This document shows positions 12,308 through 24,730 of a stretch of DNA of 64,000 bases, piece by piece. Both the position numbers and the translations under genes were made by a program. The notes under the pieces were generated by a model, which was given only the letters and a program-made list of their open reading frames with translations, made no database searches and was not told the DNA's origin. The stretch's first letter is position 1, and the number at the start of each line of letters is the position of its first letter. Origin of the DNA: Felis catus. Lineage: Eukaryota. Location: assembly GCF_018350175.1 (NCBI RefSeq), contig NC_058368.1:205594001-205658000 (forward strand), written 5' to 3'.

Positions 12308-13579
12308 AGAGGGCATTTTGAATCTTCTGTGGCAGATGGTTTGACACACCTAATTGAAGTAATATATCTTCCAGATAGTCTTGATATGCTATAAGGAAAT
12401 GTACAGAATGTCACAATGTGACAAATCTCTGCTGGCTGAAAAAGGAAATTTGGAGTAAATGTGTTGCACTCAGCATAGACATGGCATTTTTCAAGGGAAA
12501 AATAACCCACCTCTAGGTATTCAGCTTTATTAAGGCAGACATTTGTGCCAGTTACATCTAAGAAGGGCATCAAGGGCTCTATTAGCCAATTTGGGAATAG
12601 TGTTATAATGAACTGAATAAAGAAGGCCACCTGTTCAAAATAAGGCATAATCCAGGAAAGGAATTGCTTTCAAAAAGCCCAAATAGTGGCACGTAATTTA
12701 GAAAACCAAACTCCCTTACTGGCTTTCAAGATTCACAAAATGGGCCTGCATTTTCTTGTAATAGAATCTCACTGCGGCATAATAGGCAAGAACCCAGTGA
12801 CTTAGAGTTCTAGTTGCTGAGAGAGTTTTCAGGTATGCTAAAACTGATGGTGGAAAAGCCATTCCATGAAGAAAATTTCAGCTTCCACTAAGTGGAGGTT
12901 TTATATAGTTAGGTGTGGGTTTCAGGTGGAAGAATTTTTTGCAATGGAGCCAGCAGATGGAAAAAGACTGCCCTTTTAACAGAAGCTGGATCATGCTTTC
13001 TTCAGCCTTCTAGGGTTTTTTTGCAGGGTTGGTGGAGCAGTGAGGAAGCCATTGCTGAGAGAATTGCTACCACAGTACTGGAGCAGCACTGTGGTTCTGA
13101 GAACCAGCTGGGAGAAAATGCTATAATGATGCATTATAGGGAAAGAAGAAAGAAGAGGTTTATGAGAGCAGGAGCGACCTGGAGCCTGCAGCCTTGCTAA
13201 ACCCCACAACTCTGCACTGTCTAGACTGAAATGATTGATAGTTTGTCCCCTTCATCCTGCCTGAGCCTCACAGATTTCACTGGTCTCGCCCTGCCTCAGA
13301 CATGAATAGAAAGAGCTTCAAGCCACTGTCCTGGGGGCTTGCTACAATTTCTTAAAGGTTTGGTCCTTATTATTTATAAGTAATTATCAGTTTGGAAGAT
13401 ACTTCCCCGCCTAAGGGCCTGCTGAATAATTTTCAGAATTTCCAGAACAATCTGTATAGGTTCTATATATAGTGCTTTAAAATAAATCTGGTTGCTATTT
13501 ATCCTCTTTCTCTCTTCAAAAGCTCAAATGTCACCATAAAAATGGATTATTTTATCCACAACACCAGGCCCTATTATGC

Positions 13580-13820
13580 CTTTCTATATCCTTAGCCTGG
13601 TTTACTTTGATTTATGGTACTGTTACTATTTGACATCAATTTGTATATCCATTTGTGTATTTTTCTGCTATCCTTCCCTGGACATCCCCATTTCCTCTTT
13701 CCACCCTCATTATAAGACCACGAAAACAGGAACCAGATAAGTCTCTCTTGTTCACCATTGTATCCTCAGCATCTAGACCAATGCCTGGAAAGTAGCAGCT
13801 GAATAAGTAAATTCTCTGGA
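13580..13820 (+). mobile_element. L2 3' end
   Basis: 'tcttgttcaccattgtatcctcagcatctagaccaatgcctgg...agtagcagctgaataagta'. Confidence 0.8.
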
Positions 13821-14199
13821 TCATTCCCAAGGCGATTATGACTTTCTGACCTGGACTCTACCTTAGGAATGTGTATGTGTTTCCCATGTGCTTGACATTG
13901 TCATGTATGTTGCATGGGTCAAGAGAGGTAGATATAGCAGCAGGTGTTTAAGACCCTTTAATGATCTTTTCATGGATAGGGGTTAGTTTTTCTGACCTCT
14001 TCTCTTCTAAATCTTGACCCTGACATGATGGGATTCTCTCTTTCCAGCTCAAACATCTGCTCTCTCTGACCTTAATACATCTTTTTGGATCAAGCCTTAT
14101 GCATCCCTGACTGATTTCCTGAGGCCTGTTCTTCTTTGCCCAAGATTAGAGGCAAATTTCTGATTTCATCACTGCCGTCCATTAGACCTATTCTTTCTC

Positions 14200-15240
14200 G
14201 GTCACAAGGACCTTCTTATTGCCAAATCCACTTGATCCTTGTCTAGCTTATTTGCCATCTCAGCAGCACTGATGCTACTCACAACACTTTCCTCTTGAAA
14301 TATTTTCCTCATTTGGCTTCTGTGCCCCTACATGTTCCCAATCCTTCTCTTTCCTTAACGGCCACACCACCCCAGTCTCATTTACAGGCCTCTCCACTCT
14401 CCAATCGTTACAAAGTGGAATCTCTAAGCCAGTGCTTCTCAAATTAATGTGCATACACTCACACAGGGAACTTGCTAAAAGGAAGATTGTGATTCACTGT
14501 GCCTGGGTTGGAGTCTACGGTTCTGCATCTCTAATAGCTCCTGGGTGATGGTCATATGGTTAATCCAAAGCCATCTATACCCAGCGATCAGAGAGGGGTT
14601 TTTAGAAAGTAAATTGTGTCATGTCACTCTCCTACCTAGAACTCCTCAGCACTTCCCATTACACATTGAATTAAATCAAGTTATTTATCATAGCTTTTTC
14701 ATGAGCTGGCCCCCCACCTACCCCTCCAAGTTCACCTCATGCCATTCTTCTGGCTCCCTGTACTCCAGCCACACTACCATCTTCCAGTTCCATAAATATG
14801 CCAAGCACTGCAGTTAGGAGTGTGGGCATGAAAGCAAGACATCCAGGGAGCCACCCCTAGCTCCACCACCACTGTCTTTATGATCATGGGTGAAGAACTT
14901 CGTTTCTCTGCCTCTGTTTCTTCTTCTGTAAAATGGGAATGGTAATATCACCTACCTTATAGGAAAATTGTGAGGTCTAAAAGAGCTAATACGTGCAAAC
15001 AATTAGAGTAGAGCATGTGAAGAGTGTCTAGTAAATATAAACCATGATTAACTCTTCCTCCTCATTTGTCTTCCTCTTTGCCGGCATGTTTTCCTTTTAG
15101 TCTTTAAGAGATGCTATTCTTTCTGCCAAGACATTTTTTCTCTTGCTCTTTGTATTGCTGGCTTCTTCTTATCCTGATGAATGAATCTCTTTTCCTGACC
15201 TCAGTTTATGCTGGTGTGGCCTGACCTGAATTCCTAAAAT
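14200..15240 (+). mobile_element. L2 fragments interrupted by MER5A (~14430-14550) and MIR (~14810-15050)
   Basis: L2 motifs (ttgccaaatcca, atgtcactctcctacctagaactcc); MER5A 'ccagtgcttctcaaattaatgtgcatac'; MIR core 'ctctgtttcttcttctgtaaaatgggaat'. Confidence 0.75.
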
Positions 15241-17129
15241 AAAGGGAATCTAGACTCTAGAATATAGACAGTAGAAGTTGACTTATAGGCTTTTTAGCTC
15301 AACTCTCTTATCTTACTGATGCAGAAAGTCATAATAGTATCCTAACCTTGATGACTGAGCTAACATTCCTGACTGTGCCTTGTGCCCTGATGCTGATTAG
15401 GTTTGGTATGCTAGTTTAGGAGAAAGTATGCAGAACTCCTTGCCTGTTTCCAGGTTCTTCATTGAGCCCCCCACCCTCTTTTTTCCCCAGGGCACCTTGG
15501 TCTATTCCACATAAAATTACCTGGGAGTAAAAGAGTTGGTTTATGTCTGGGTGTTTTTGGAAGGAGCCAGGGAACAGGAACTTCATAGAAGGACAATTGA
15601 GAATGAGGTGATAGGAAGACTAGCTCACTTTGATCACTGGCCAGTTTTCCATAACCTTTAACAATTTCTAGGTGAATGAACGATAGGAGATGTTGGGATG
15701 TCTTACTTTTGATATTGTCATTTTCATCTTCCTCCTAATGCAGTTATTTAGGGTGATGAGAATCTAGGGCTTAAGAAGGGACTCAGGGTTTGGTATCCTG
15801 TCCTCTTCTTTGTCCTAGCCCAAAAAGTGATATGCTGCCACCTTTTCTTCCTTCCAAATCCACCTCTCTACTCTTGCCTGTGCATTATTGCCAAATTAAT
15901 TTTCCAAGGACTCTTTTTTTGAACCTTCCTGTTCAACAATGTTCAGTTGATCCCCTTCTGCTTATATAGTATATTCCTAACTCTTGACTTGGAGCTTAAG
16001 GCCCTCCATATTATAGTCCTCGCCATCTCTTTCGTCCTGAGTCATGCTCCTGTTATGATCCCATCTCTGCTAGAAGTTTGCTTCACTTCGTTCTTCAGAT
16101 GCTCTTTCCTGACTCCATCCTTTGCTCCAAGTGGTCCTCCTGCATGCAAGATTCTCTATTCATCTCGCTGTGATCAGCAACTCCTTCCAACCCTCTGGTG
16201 GTGGGTGGTCCACAGAAGGCTACATGGTATGGTATTCTAAGAGTCCCTTCTGAATGTTGAATTTATAAAGAATTATAAAGATCATCCAAAGGGTGGTATT
16301 AACTATTAGCAGACAGTAGCTTCAGGGATAGGATCACAGCAGATCTGAAAGGGAAAAGACCTAGGAACAGGCTAAAACTGCTTAGTCAAGGGAATGAAGA
16401 AAGAACCTTTTAATAAAAAAGAAGAGGTCTGCATAAAGCAAAGACAAGAAGGAATTAAAATTAGTAGAGAGTATATCTAGCCCAGGAAGAGAGAACTTGA
16501 ATGTGAAGGATGAAAGGAAGCCAGCATGTTCTCGAAGGGAGTGGCCCACACTGTGGCAATCTCACCTGAGACTATTTAACTCCATTGACCTATGACTGTC
16601 TAACTCATTTCTCTTTGATCCTACCTCACTAACTACACATCTGATTATGAATTCAGGTTCCTTTCTTCTTCTCCCACCCTTTTAGGTATCTTGAGTCCTC
16701 GAAGTCTGCCTTCCCTGATTCAACTGAGTTTTGTCACAGGAAAAGAATATATCCTCATACATATTTTGATATACTGATTTATACATTACTCTCTTGTGAA
16801 TATGGTTACTTGGAGTAAGTTCTCCACTTTCTGATCATCCCTGGCCACCATAAATAAACTGAACTTCTGAATCTACCCACGTGAAGCCCACACCTTGGAG
16901 CAGGGTGACTCTGCTGAGTCCTGCCCTTGTGAGTGTATGGCATCCAGGTCTCCTTCTCAGGCTTTTCATTTCTTATCCTCAACAGTACTCATCAGTAACC
17001 GTCACTGGCCTTTTGTATGTGCCTGTTTTATGTAACTGCCCAGGCTCCCCCAAGAGGTTGAAATCTCTAATAAAAAGGGCTATATGTCTTAATCCTGAGG
17101 ACTGGCAGAGTACCTCGACTGACTATAGT

Positions 17130-17290
17130 CAGTGTGAAACTTATATAGTTACTGCTGGTCTTTCTCCACAAGAATATAACATCCATGTTGTCTGTTTCCT
17201 GTTTTCTTCACTGCTATATCTGCAATGCTTAGTAAAGAATATCTGGCACGTATTTGGTGTTCAAAAGTATTTGATAAATGAATTGCTTGA
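17130..17290 (+). mobile_element. L2 3' end
   Basis: 'ttcactgctatatctgcaatgcttag...tggcacgtatttggtgttcaaaagtatttgataaatgaat'. Confidence 0.75.
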
Positions 17291-17421
17291 GATACCATGT
17301 TATCCTATTCCTCTTAGGATTTATTTATTTTAAAACAAGCAAGAAAGTCATTAGGCCTCCCACTTCCTGACACCTCCTTTCCTGCATTGTCAAGGTTTTT
17401 TTTTTTTTTTTACTACACTAT

Positions 17422-17452
<31 letters not shown>

Positions 17453-17717
17453 TTTGTTTATTTATTTGTTTTAGTGATTCATCACTTACATATTACTTAC
17501 ATATAACACCCAGTGTTCACCCAAACAAGTGTCCTCCTTAATGCTCCTCACCCATTTAGCACATCTCCCCACCCAACACTCTTCCAGCAACCCTCAGTTT
17601 GTTCTCTGTGTTTAAGAGTCTCTTATGGTTTGTCTCCCTCTCTGTTTTTGTGTTATTTTTGCTTCCATTTCCTTATGTTCATCTATTTTGTATCAAATTC
17701 CATTTGTCTTTCTCTGA

Positions 17718-17799
17718 CTGATACCCTATGTCTTTTGATTGGAATGTTTAGTTCATTGACATTTAGAGTACATACTGAAAGATATGAATTCAGTGCCAT
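17718..17799 (-). pseudogene. First ~27 codons of L1 ORF2p (APE endonuclease N-terminus)
   Basis: Translation MALNSYLSVCTLNVNELNIPIKRHRVS, the L1 EN motif TLNVNGLN.PIKR. Confidence 0.88.
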
Positions 17800-17894
17800 T
17801 GTGTTGCCTGTAGTGTTGGTGTTTCTGGGGATGTTCTCTGGTCCTTTCTAGTCTTTGTTGCTTTTGGTCTTGTTTCATTTTGTCTTTTCTCCAC

Positions 17895-18774
17895 TCAAAG
17901 AGTCCCCCTTAAAATTTCTTGCAGGGCTGGTTTAGTGGTCACAAACTCCTTTAGTTTTTGTTTGCCTGGGAAACTCTATCTCTCCTTCTGTTTTGAATGA
18001 CAGCCTTGCTAGATAAAGAATTCTTGGCTGCATATTTTTCTGATTCAGCACGTTGAACATATCCTGCTACTTCTTTCTGGCCTGCCAAGTTTCTGTGAAT
18101 ATTCTGTGAATATGTCTCCTGCGAATCTCTCTGTCTTCCCTTATAGGTTAAGAACTTATTTTTTCTTGCTGCTTTAATAATTCTTTCCTTATCTGTGTAT
18201 TTTGTGAATTTCACTATGATATGCCTTTGTTATGGTCAGTTTTTGTTGAATATAATGAGAGTACTCTGTGCTTCCTGGATTTTGATGTCTGTGTCCTTCC
18301 CCAGATTAGGAATGTTTTCTGGTATAATTTGCTCACATAAACTTTATGCCCCTTTTTCTCTCTCTTCATCTTCTGGGACTCCTATGATTTGGATGTTATT
18401 CCTTTTTAATAAGTCACTGAGTTCTCTCAGTCTTGTATTGTGCTTGTTTTCCTCTTTTTTTCTGATTCATTATTCTCCATAATTTTGTCATCTGTATCAC
18501 TGATTTGCTGCTCTTCTTCATCCAACTTTGCCATCGTGGTATCCATTCAAGATTGCATCTCAATTATAGCATTTTTAATTTCTTTCTGACTAGATTTTAC
18601 TTCCTTTATATCTGCAGAAAGGGATTCTATGCTTTTTTAAACCCCAGCTAGTATTCTTGTTATCATGGTTCTAAATTCTAGTTCAGACATCTTGCTTATA
18701 TCTGTGTTGATTAAGTCCCTGGTTGTCATTTCTTCCTGATTTTTCTTTTGGAGTGAATTCCTTCCTTTTGTCAT
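17895..18774 (-). pseudogene. Decayed L1 ORF1p (stops and frameshifts)
   Basis: Manual translation MTKGRNSLQKKNQEEMTTRDLINTDISKMSELEFRTMITRILAGV*KSIESLSADIKEVK...; NNIQIIGVPE motif; ORF-track piece KFTKYTDKERIIKAAR; ends ...QEILRGTL*. Confidence 0.88.
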
Positions 18775-20514
18775 TTTGGAGGAAGAAAAATATTTTACAA
18801 ATTAAAAACAAAACAAAAAAATCAAAGCTAGATCTTAGGTGTGTTTTGGTCTGTTTGTTGAAAGAAACTTGATAGAATAGAGAAAAAAGGGAAAGGAAAG
18901 AAAGAAAAGAAAAAAAAGTAAGAAAAATATATAATATATATAATATATATATTATATATAAAATATATAATATATATATAATATATATATAAAATAAATA
19001 ATAAAATAGAGTAAAATTAAGTAAATAAATGAAATAGAATAAAAATTTTAAAAAGAAATAAAGTAAGAAAACACTTTAAAAATGAAAAAAAAGAAAATAA
19101 AAAATAAAATTTTCTCTTTTTGTATCCAAGAAAAAGAAAAGAAAGGAAAAGAAAAACAAAAACAATTTGAACAAAAACAGAAACAAAAAAAAAACTGAAC
19201 TAATAAATGAACTGTCAAACAGACTGAAACCTGAATGAAGGTACATCCAGTTTCCCCTAGAACTGAAACTATGAAGCACTATATAGTCCATACACTAAGC
19301 AGGTGGAGGGACTTGTGCTTGTCTTCTAGGGGATGTGCTTGGAGGGTGCAGTTGGGTGGGGGTTGGTGAAATGGCTCCCTTCATAAGTAAGCTCCCTTAG
19401 CTTACTGGGCTGGATCACTGTGGTGCCCATGTGCATGCATGGCAGAGGTTGAAATGATTTCACCCAGCTTCCCAGTCTCTGGCACAAGAAATATGTGCTC
19501 TCACAAACCCAAGATCAAGCACCCCTCCTTTGTCTCAGGCCTCCATCCAATCCCTACCTCTACCCTGTCCATGTCTAAGCTGTCTTCCTTCCAGGCAGCA
19601 TCTCCATCCAGAGTTTTATCTCAGATGGGGTTATGTTTCAAAATCCCACACTTCAGAGACCCCCGTGGTTTGTATATACTCTAACTCTCTGGGGGAGGGT
19701 CTCACTGAGCAATGGTTGGGTGCTGGCTTGCCCCAGAAAACATTCATGTGATCGCACAACAGCAGAGGTTCAGAGACTGTGGCAAATCACAACAAACAGC
19801 CAGCGCCAGGTTTCGCTGGATGCTGTCTTCTTTGTTCCAATACCAGCAAATGTGGCTGCTCTCCGGGGTCCACTGGGATCTGTGCCTGCGTGGAGGCCAT
19901 ATGGCCTCTACCAAATGCTCTCCAAGCAGGGGAACCGCTTTTCCCTGTGTGGCACATGGACCTCTCTGACCGCACTGCCTGCTTCTGGGGATTCGCCCTA
20001 CTTCCTCACCAGAGTACTGCCAGGCACTGAGCTCTGGAACTTCAGACTCTGTGCTCCACCCTTTATAGAATCCTGGTGGTATTGAAACCCTCTCCTTTCT
20101 TCCTGTCAGTGATTTTGGGGAACAGATTTCTTGTTCAATCCCCTGTGAGTGTTTGCACTTCTTTTCTCTTTCTCTCCAGCAGGGGAGTGTTTTTTCTGCA
20201 CTCTCCTGATGTACTACACTCTCTCCCTTTCTCTGTCCTCTCTCAGCAAAAACAGCTGCCTACCCTCTGTGGCTTTTCTCTACCCCAGTCCACTTCTCTG
20301 CAATGTGTACCTGCTGAGTTCTGTGGCTCAGGTTATGCAGATTATTGTGTTAATCCTCAGGTCAATTTCCTAGATGTGCAAAAACGGTTTGGTGCCGATC
20401 TAGCTGCATTTTAGGGACAAGATAAGCTGAGGGTCTCCATGCTGCTCCACCATCTTCTCTGATCCCTGTGCATTGTCAAGGTTTTAAAAGCATTTTTTCT
20501 GGTTCCTGGTCAAA

Positions 20515-20710
20515 TGTAGTTTATTGTGCACATATGTGTCATGGGCTGTTGTAAGGTCTTTATATATATTCACTTTTTCAATCCTTACGAGCACTCTGAG
20601 AGATATGCCAGAGTTATCCTCTTGGCGCGTATAAGGAAACAGGCACACGTAGTAAAGTGATAGCTGGCTTCGGAGTTTGTGTTCCTAATCACTAGACCAA
20701 CTGCCTCTCT
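20515..20710 (-). mobile_element. MIR
   Basis: 'aatccttacgagcactctgagagat...aggaaacaggcacacgtagtaaagtga' antisense MIR pattern. Confidence 0.6.
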
Positions 20711-21609
20711 GATGGTTATAGCACCTGCCTCTTTATTTGGAAACTATCTAGTTCATGAGGTAATAGTGCATGTTAAGAAGGAGGCCAAAAAAACATGTGG
20801 GAAGGAAGCCTTCTTGGTGCATGATTAACAAATCATGTTAATAATGGGAATAGTTTATTTATTCGTAGCATCATGATGAAACAAGCAGATCAAGAATAGA
20901 TGAGATTATGTCAGACAAGAGCCCGCTTCCTGCCCTGGAGAGCTGAGAGCATAAAGGCATAAAATACACTATGTAGGCTATGAAAGTAAGACCAACTTGG
21001 CTTGGAAAATGACAAAGAATTATAACCCTTCTCCACCAGCAAAGGGATGCTTCTGTCAGTCTGTATGGTGGAAAGAAACCTGGCCTATAATATGTTCTTA
21101 CCATGGCCCTCCCCTTCCAGACCAAGATTGCCCTTGCCAGTTGCTGCTGAAGGGGTTCAGGTTCTTCCAGTATTCTTGGAAAATTGCTGTATGCATGCCC
21201 ACCAAAAGGCTGAAGTCGCTACTGGCTTTGTATGTCCTGGCCTCAGGGAGCCACTTAAATTTGTGTTAAGAGCACACATTTTGGAGCCAGACACTTAAAA
21301 CATTACTTAATCCTAATTAACCTGGTTAATTAACCACATTTAACCACTGTTCTCTCATATATAAACTAAGTATTTCATAGGTGGGTCCTAACCTAACTCA
21401 GGCCATTGACCAGTGCGTAATCAGCACTCTATATACACTCTATTCTCTGGAACATGGCATCAGGCTCTGGGAAGGACAAGGAACTTGTACTACTGGCAGA
21501 TTGTTAGGCTTCAGCCCCAGGCACTTAGCCTTTGCACTATTTTCTTACCTCTACAATAATACCCAACTTTACATTACTGAACAGTCACCCTATGTCAGGT
21601 GATGTCTGC

Positions 21610-22062
21610 CCTGTGTTACAGTCTCCAGCAAGACATAGATGGCAAACTCGGTTAGAATAAATAATGGAAGGTCTAACAAAAGAACATGCACAGAGGTTTG
21701 GGCAGGGTGTAGGGAACCCACAGAGGAATAATGCAGCACCTCTGGACTAGTAAAAATGGGGCCATTACCCCTGGAATGAAAGAATGAGAGAAGCCTATCC
21801 AAAGCTGTAGGAATCAAACCTGATCTCAGCTGGAGGGCATTGGGCCTTTGAAGCAACCTTGATGTGAGGGGCTCAAGAAATACAAGCCATGATCTCATTC
21901 TCCTCATCCTATCACCTTGTGTTGGGGCTCCATAGTGACCCAACACAACCTGAAGCCAGAGGCCAAGGGAGCCTCTTGCTGTATAGTCCATACAGGCCAA
22001 GGTACAGAAGGGTGGGAATATATGCAGAAAGGCAAACAGAAACTATTTCCTTTCTACAACAC
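21610..22062 (-). mobile_element. ERVL-class LTR (LTR33-like)
   Basis: 'aacctgaagccagaggccaagggagcc...gtccatacagg...ggcaaacagaa' resembles the antisense LTR33 5' end. Confidence 0.6.
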
Positions 22063-22444
22063 ACTTGTAAGATAATTATTATTCCAGGTTTTCGTAAAAA
22101 GAAACTGATGTGTAAGCAGTGCAATAATTATATATATATGGATATGTGTGTGTATATATATATATGGATATGTGTATATATGTATACCTTTATACACATA
22201 TATTGCATATTTGAATAATATATTTTTATTCTTGGTTTTGCTCCAAAAATATGTTTATTATAGAAAATTTGGAAATACAGATCCCTCCCTCCCTCCCTAA
22301 AGAGAGTATTAATCAAATAACTTTATCATCAGAGATTTCCTCTGTCAACATATTTGCATATACATTTATCGTCTTTTATGACACATGTACTTTGCTGTAT
22401 TTCTGTTTATTTACTTTTATGTATGAAGGCATATGTGAAGATTT

Positions 22445-22652
22445 CAATGTGTCACACACTGGTCTGCATGCTTTATAAATATTAGCTCAGTAATTCTCAT
22501 AACAATCTTATGATGTAGGTACTATTATTATGCCCATCATATAAACAAGAGAGGTTAAGTAATTTGTCTAGAGTCACATATCTAGTGAATGGTGGAGTTC
22601 AGGTTCAAAATCAGGCATTCTGGTTTGAGTTCCATTCTTTACTGTTCTGCTC
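22445..22652 (-). mobile_element. MIR
   Basis: 'ctcataacaatcttatgatgtaggtactattattatgccca...agaggttaagtaatttgtctagagtcaca'. Confidence 0.8.
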
Positions 22653-22667
22653 TATGGACTGATTTTT

Positions 22668-22713
<46 letters not shown>

Positions 22714-22717
22714 GATA
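22668..22717. repeat. (GATA)n tetranucleotide microsatellite
   Basis: ~11-12 units directly visible. Confidence 0.97.
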
Positions 22718-22917
22718 GAAAAGTTGGAATAGTGTTATACATTCCTGTTTCCTACCTTTGTTTTGTTTCTAACTATGTCTTCAGCATTCATTGGTTTAGC
22801 AGGGTTTTTTTTTCTTCATTATTCTAATCCTAGCCAGGTATGGAAATAAATATTTCAGCAAGGAATAGAATATGCCAGTTACAGCTAAAAACATCAGGTA
22901 GAAAAAATGCACTCCCC

Positions 22918-23140
22918 AGGATGCCTGGGTGGCTCAGTTGGTTGGGTGGCTGACTTCGGCTCAGGTCATGATCTCATGGTTCAAGGTTTATGAGTTTGAG
23001 CCCTGCATAGAGCTCTCTGCTGTCAGCACAGAGTCTGCTATGGGTCCTGTCTCTCCCTCTCTCTCTCTGCCCCTCCCCTACTCATTCTCTCTCTTTCTCT
23101 CTCTCTCTCAAGGATAAACATTAAAAAACAAAAACAAAAA
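22918..23140 (+). mobile_element. CanSINE, followed by (CA)n at 23157-23192
   Basis: ggatgcctgggtggctcagttgg...ctcaggtcatgatctc...(ct)n, A-rich tail. Confidence 0.93.
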
Positions 23141-23154
23141 CCTCCATACTCCCC

Positions 23155-23195
<41 letters not shown>

Positions 23196-23438
23196 AAGAA
23201 GCCAAAGGAAAAAGTTTATGTTTGTAGTCAAATATTGAATCATTTGACATGTAGTTAGCCTTACATGAGTTACTTAAATAAGTCTCAGTTTATTTAATTA
23301 GTTCCGTGTGTTTGATTAATTGAATAGGGGCAGAAAGAATTTGTTGGCAATCACTTAGCTGCTATAGGCAATTGATATGTACAAGAGGCTTTGGGAATTT
23401 GGGGATATGTAGGACAAGTCCACAAAACTCTCTTACTC

Positions 23439-23655
23439 GGGGGTTCCTGGGTGATTCAGTCGTTAGGCATCAGACTTCAGCTCAGGTCATGATCTCATGG
23501 TTCGGTTTGAGCCCCTTGTTGGGCTGTGTGCTGACAGCTCAGAGCCTGGAGCCTGCTTGGGATTCTGTGTCTCCCTTTCTCTCTGCCCCTCTCTGGCTTG
23601 CACTGTGTCTCCCTCTGTCTCTCAAAAATAAATAAACATTAAAAACAACAACAAC
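23439..23655 (+). mobile_element. CanSINE with 12-bp TSD
   Basis: TSD aactctcttact at 23426-23437 and 23656-23667; AATAAA tail. Confidence 0.93.
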
Positions 23656-23707
23656 AACTCTCTTACTTGGTCTAGTTGTAGAGGTAAGATATATATGCGT
23701 AGAGGAA

Positions 23708-24112
23708 TGTTATGAACTGAATGTTTATGTCCCCTCCAAATGCATATGTTGAAGTCCCTAACCCCCAATGTGATGGTATTTTGAGATGGGACATTTGGGA
23801 CATAATTAGTGTTCAATGAGGTCATGAAGGTGAGGCTTTCATGGTGGTATTAGTGCCCTTGTAAGAAGAGACATCAGAGAGCTTTCTTGCTCTCATTCTC
23901 TTTCCCCTGTGCCCTCAAAGAAGAGGTTGAATAAGCACACAGCAATGTGGCAGTCACCTACAAGCCAAAAGAAGAGACCTCTGAATGAAATCTACCTTGA
24001 CAGCACCTTGATCTTGGACTTCCCAGCTTCCATAACTGTGAGGAGTAAACTTCTGTTGTTTAAGCCACCCAGTCTATGGTATTTTGTGGTCATAACCAAG
24101 CAGACTAATACA
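23708..24112 (+). mobile_element. MaLR solo LTR (MLT1A-like)
   Basis: TG...CA ends; 'tgttatgaactgaatgtttatgtccc' start and 'gtttaagccacccagtctatggtattttgt...gactaataca' end; 5-bp TSD aggaa/agtaa. Confidence 0.9.
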
Positions 24113-24339
24113 AGTAAGATAATTTTAAAAAGTAGTTTAAGACAGTAAGTACTTACCACTAACCGAAGGACATGATAAATATTTGAGAGGAGAAAGTCAT
24201 CTAAGGAGCTGTGGTCGTTGGATAAGACTCCCAGGACTCGGGGGGATTGGGGAGGAGGCAGAGGCTGTAGATTCAAGAGGACTTAACGACCATGCAGATT
24301 CTAAACATGTCTACTTATGATTCACATGCTTGGTGTGAA

Positions 24340-24730
24340 CAAACAGAGCTCCTCTCAGGGCTCCATATTTGTCCTCTGTGGCTGGCATATTCTCCCCCTC
24401 TGCACATGGTTACTGTCAACAGCCACTTAGCCTCAGGACTCCACTTAAATGTCTCATCCTCAGGAAGCCTGTATTGGCTCCCAGCCTTTGATATGGTCCC
24501 AGTTATAGAATTACCTGAACTTCTCCTTCAGGGCCCTTTTCACAGTGATATTTAAATTATTAATTTGTATAATATTTTGTTAATGCTTGTCTGCCTCACT
24601 GGAATGCAAGCTCTTTAAGTCCCTAGTTTGGATTTATTTTGCTTCCCATTACGGTCCTAAATCGTGTCACAGTCTTAGTAGGCATTAGATACTCAATAAA
24701 TGTTTGTTGATTGACTAAATGGATGAATGG
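24340..24730 (+). mobile_element. L2 3' end
   Basis: 'cactggaatgcaagctc...tagatactcaataaatgtttgttgattgactaaatggatgaatg'. Confidence 0.8.

Larger units (their letters stand above)
17400..20468 (-). mobile_element. Carnivore L1 with intact 5' end, 5'UTR and ORF1, nearly all of ORF2 deleted, 3'UTR and poly(A); 17-bp TSD
   Basis: TSD tgcattgtcaaggtttt at 17383-17399 and 20469-20485 (TT/AAAA target on minus); 5' end AGAAGATGGTGG is YY1-site-like; ORF2 start fused to the ORF2 terminus/3'UTR at 17718-17721. Confidence 0.93.

Noticed and set aside
16881..17333. 150-aa ORF
   Set aside because: 3' half lies in an L2 relic; no recognisable domain.
18780..19200. Extremely A/T-rich block with (TA)n palindromes
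   Set aside because: Low-complexity part of the L1 5'UTR within the TSD-bounded element, not an independent feature.
19439..20414. Cluster of overlapping ORFs of 62-150 aa
   Set aside because: All fall within the GC-richer L1 5'UTR, where stop codons are scarcer; no recognisable product.
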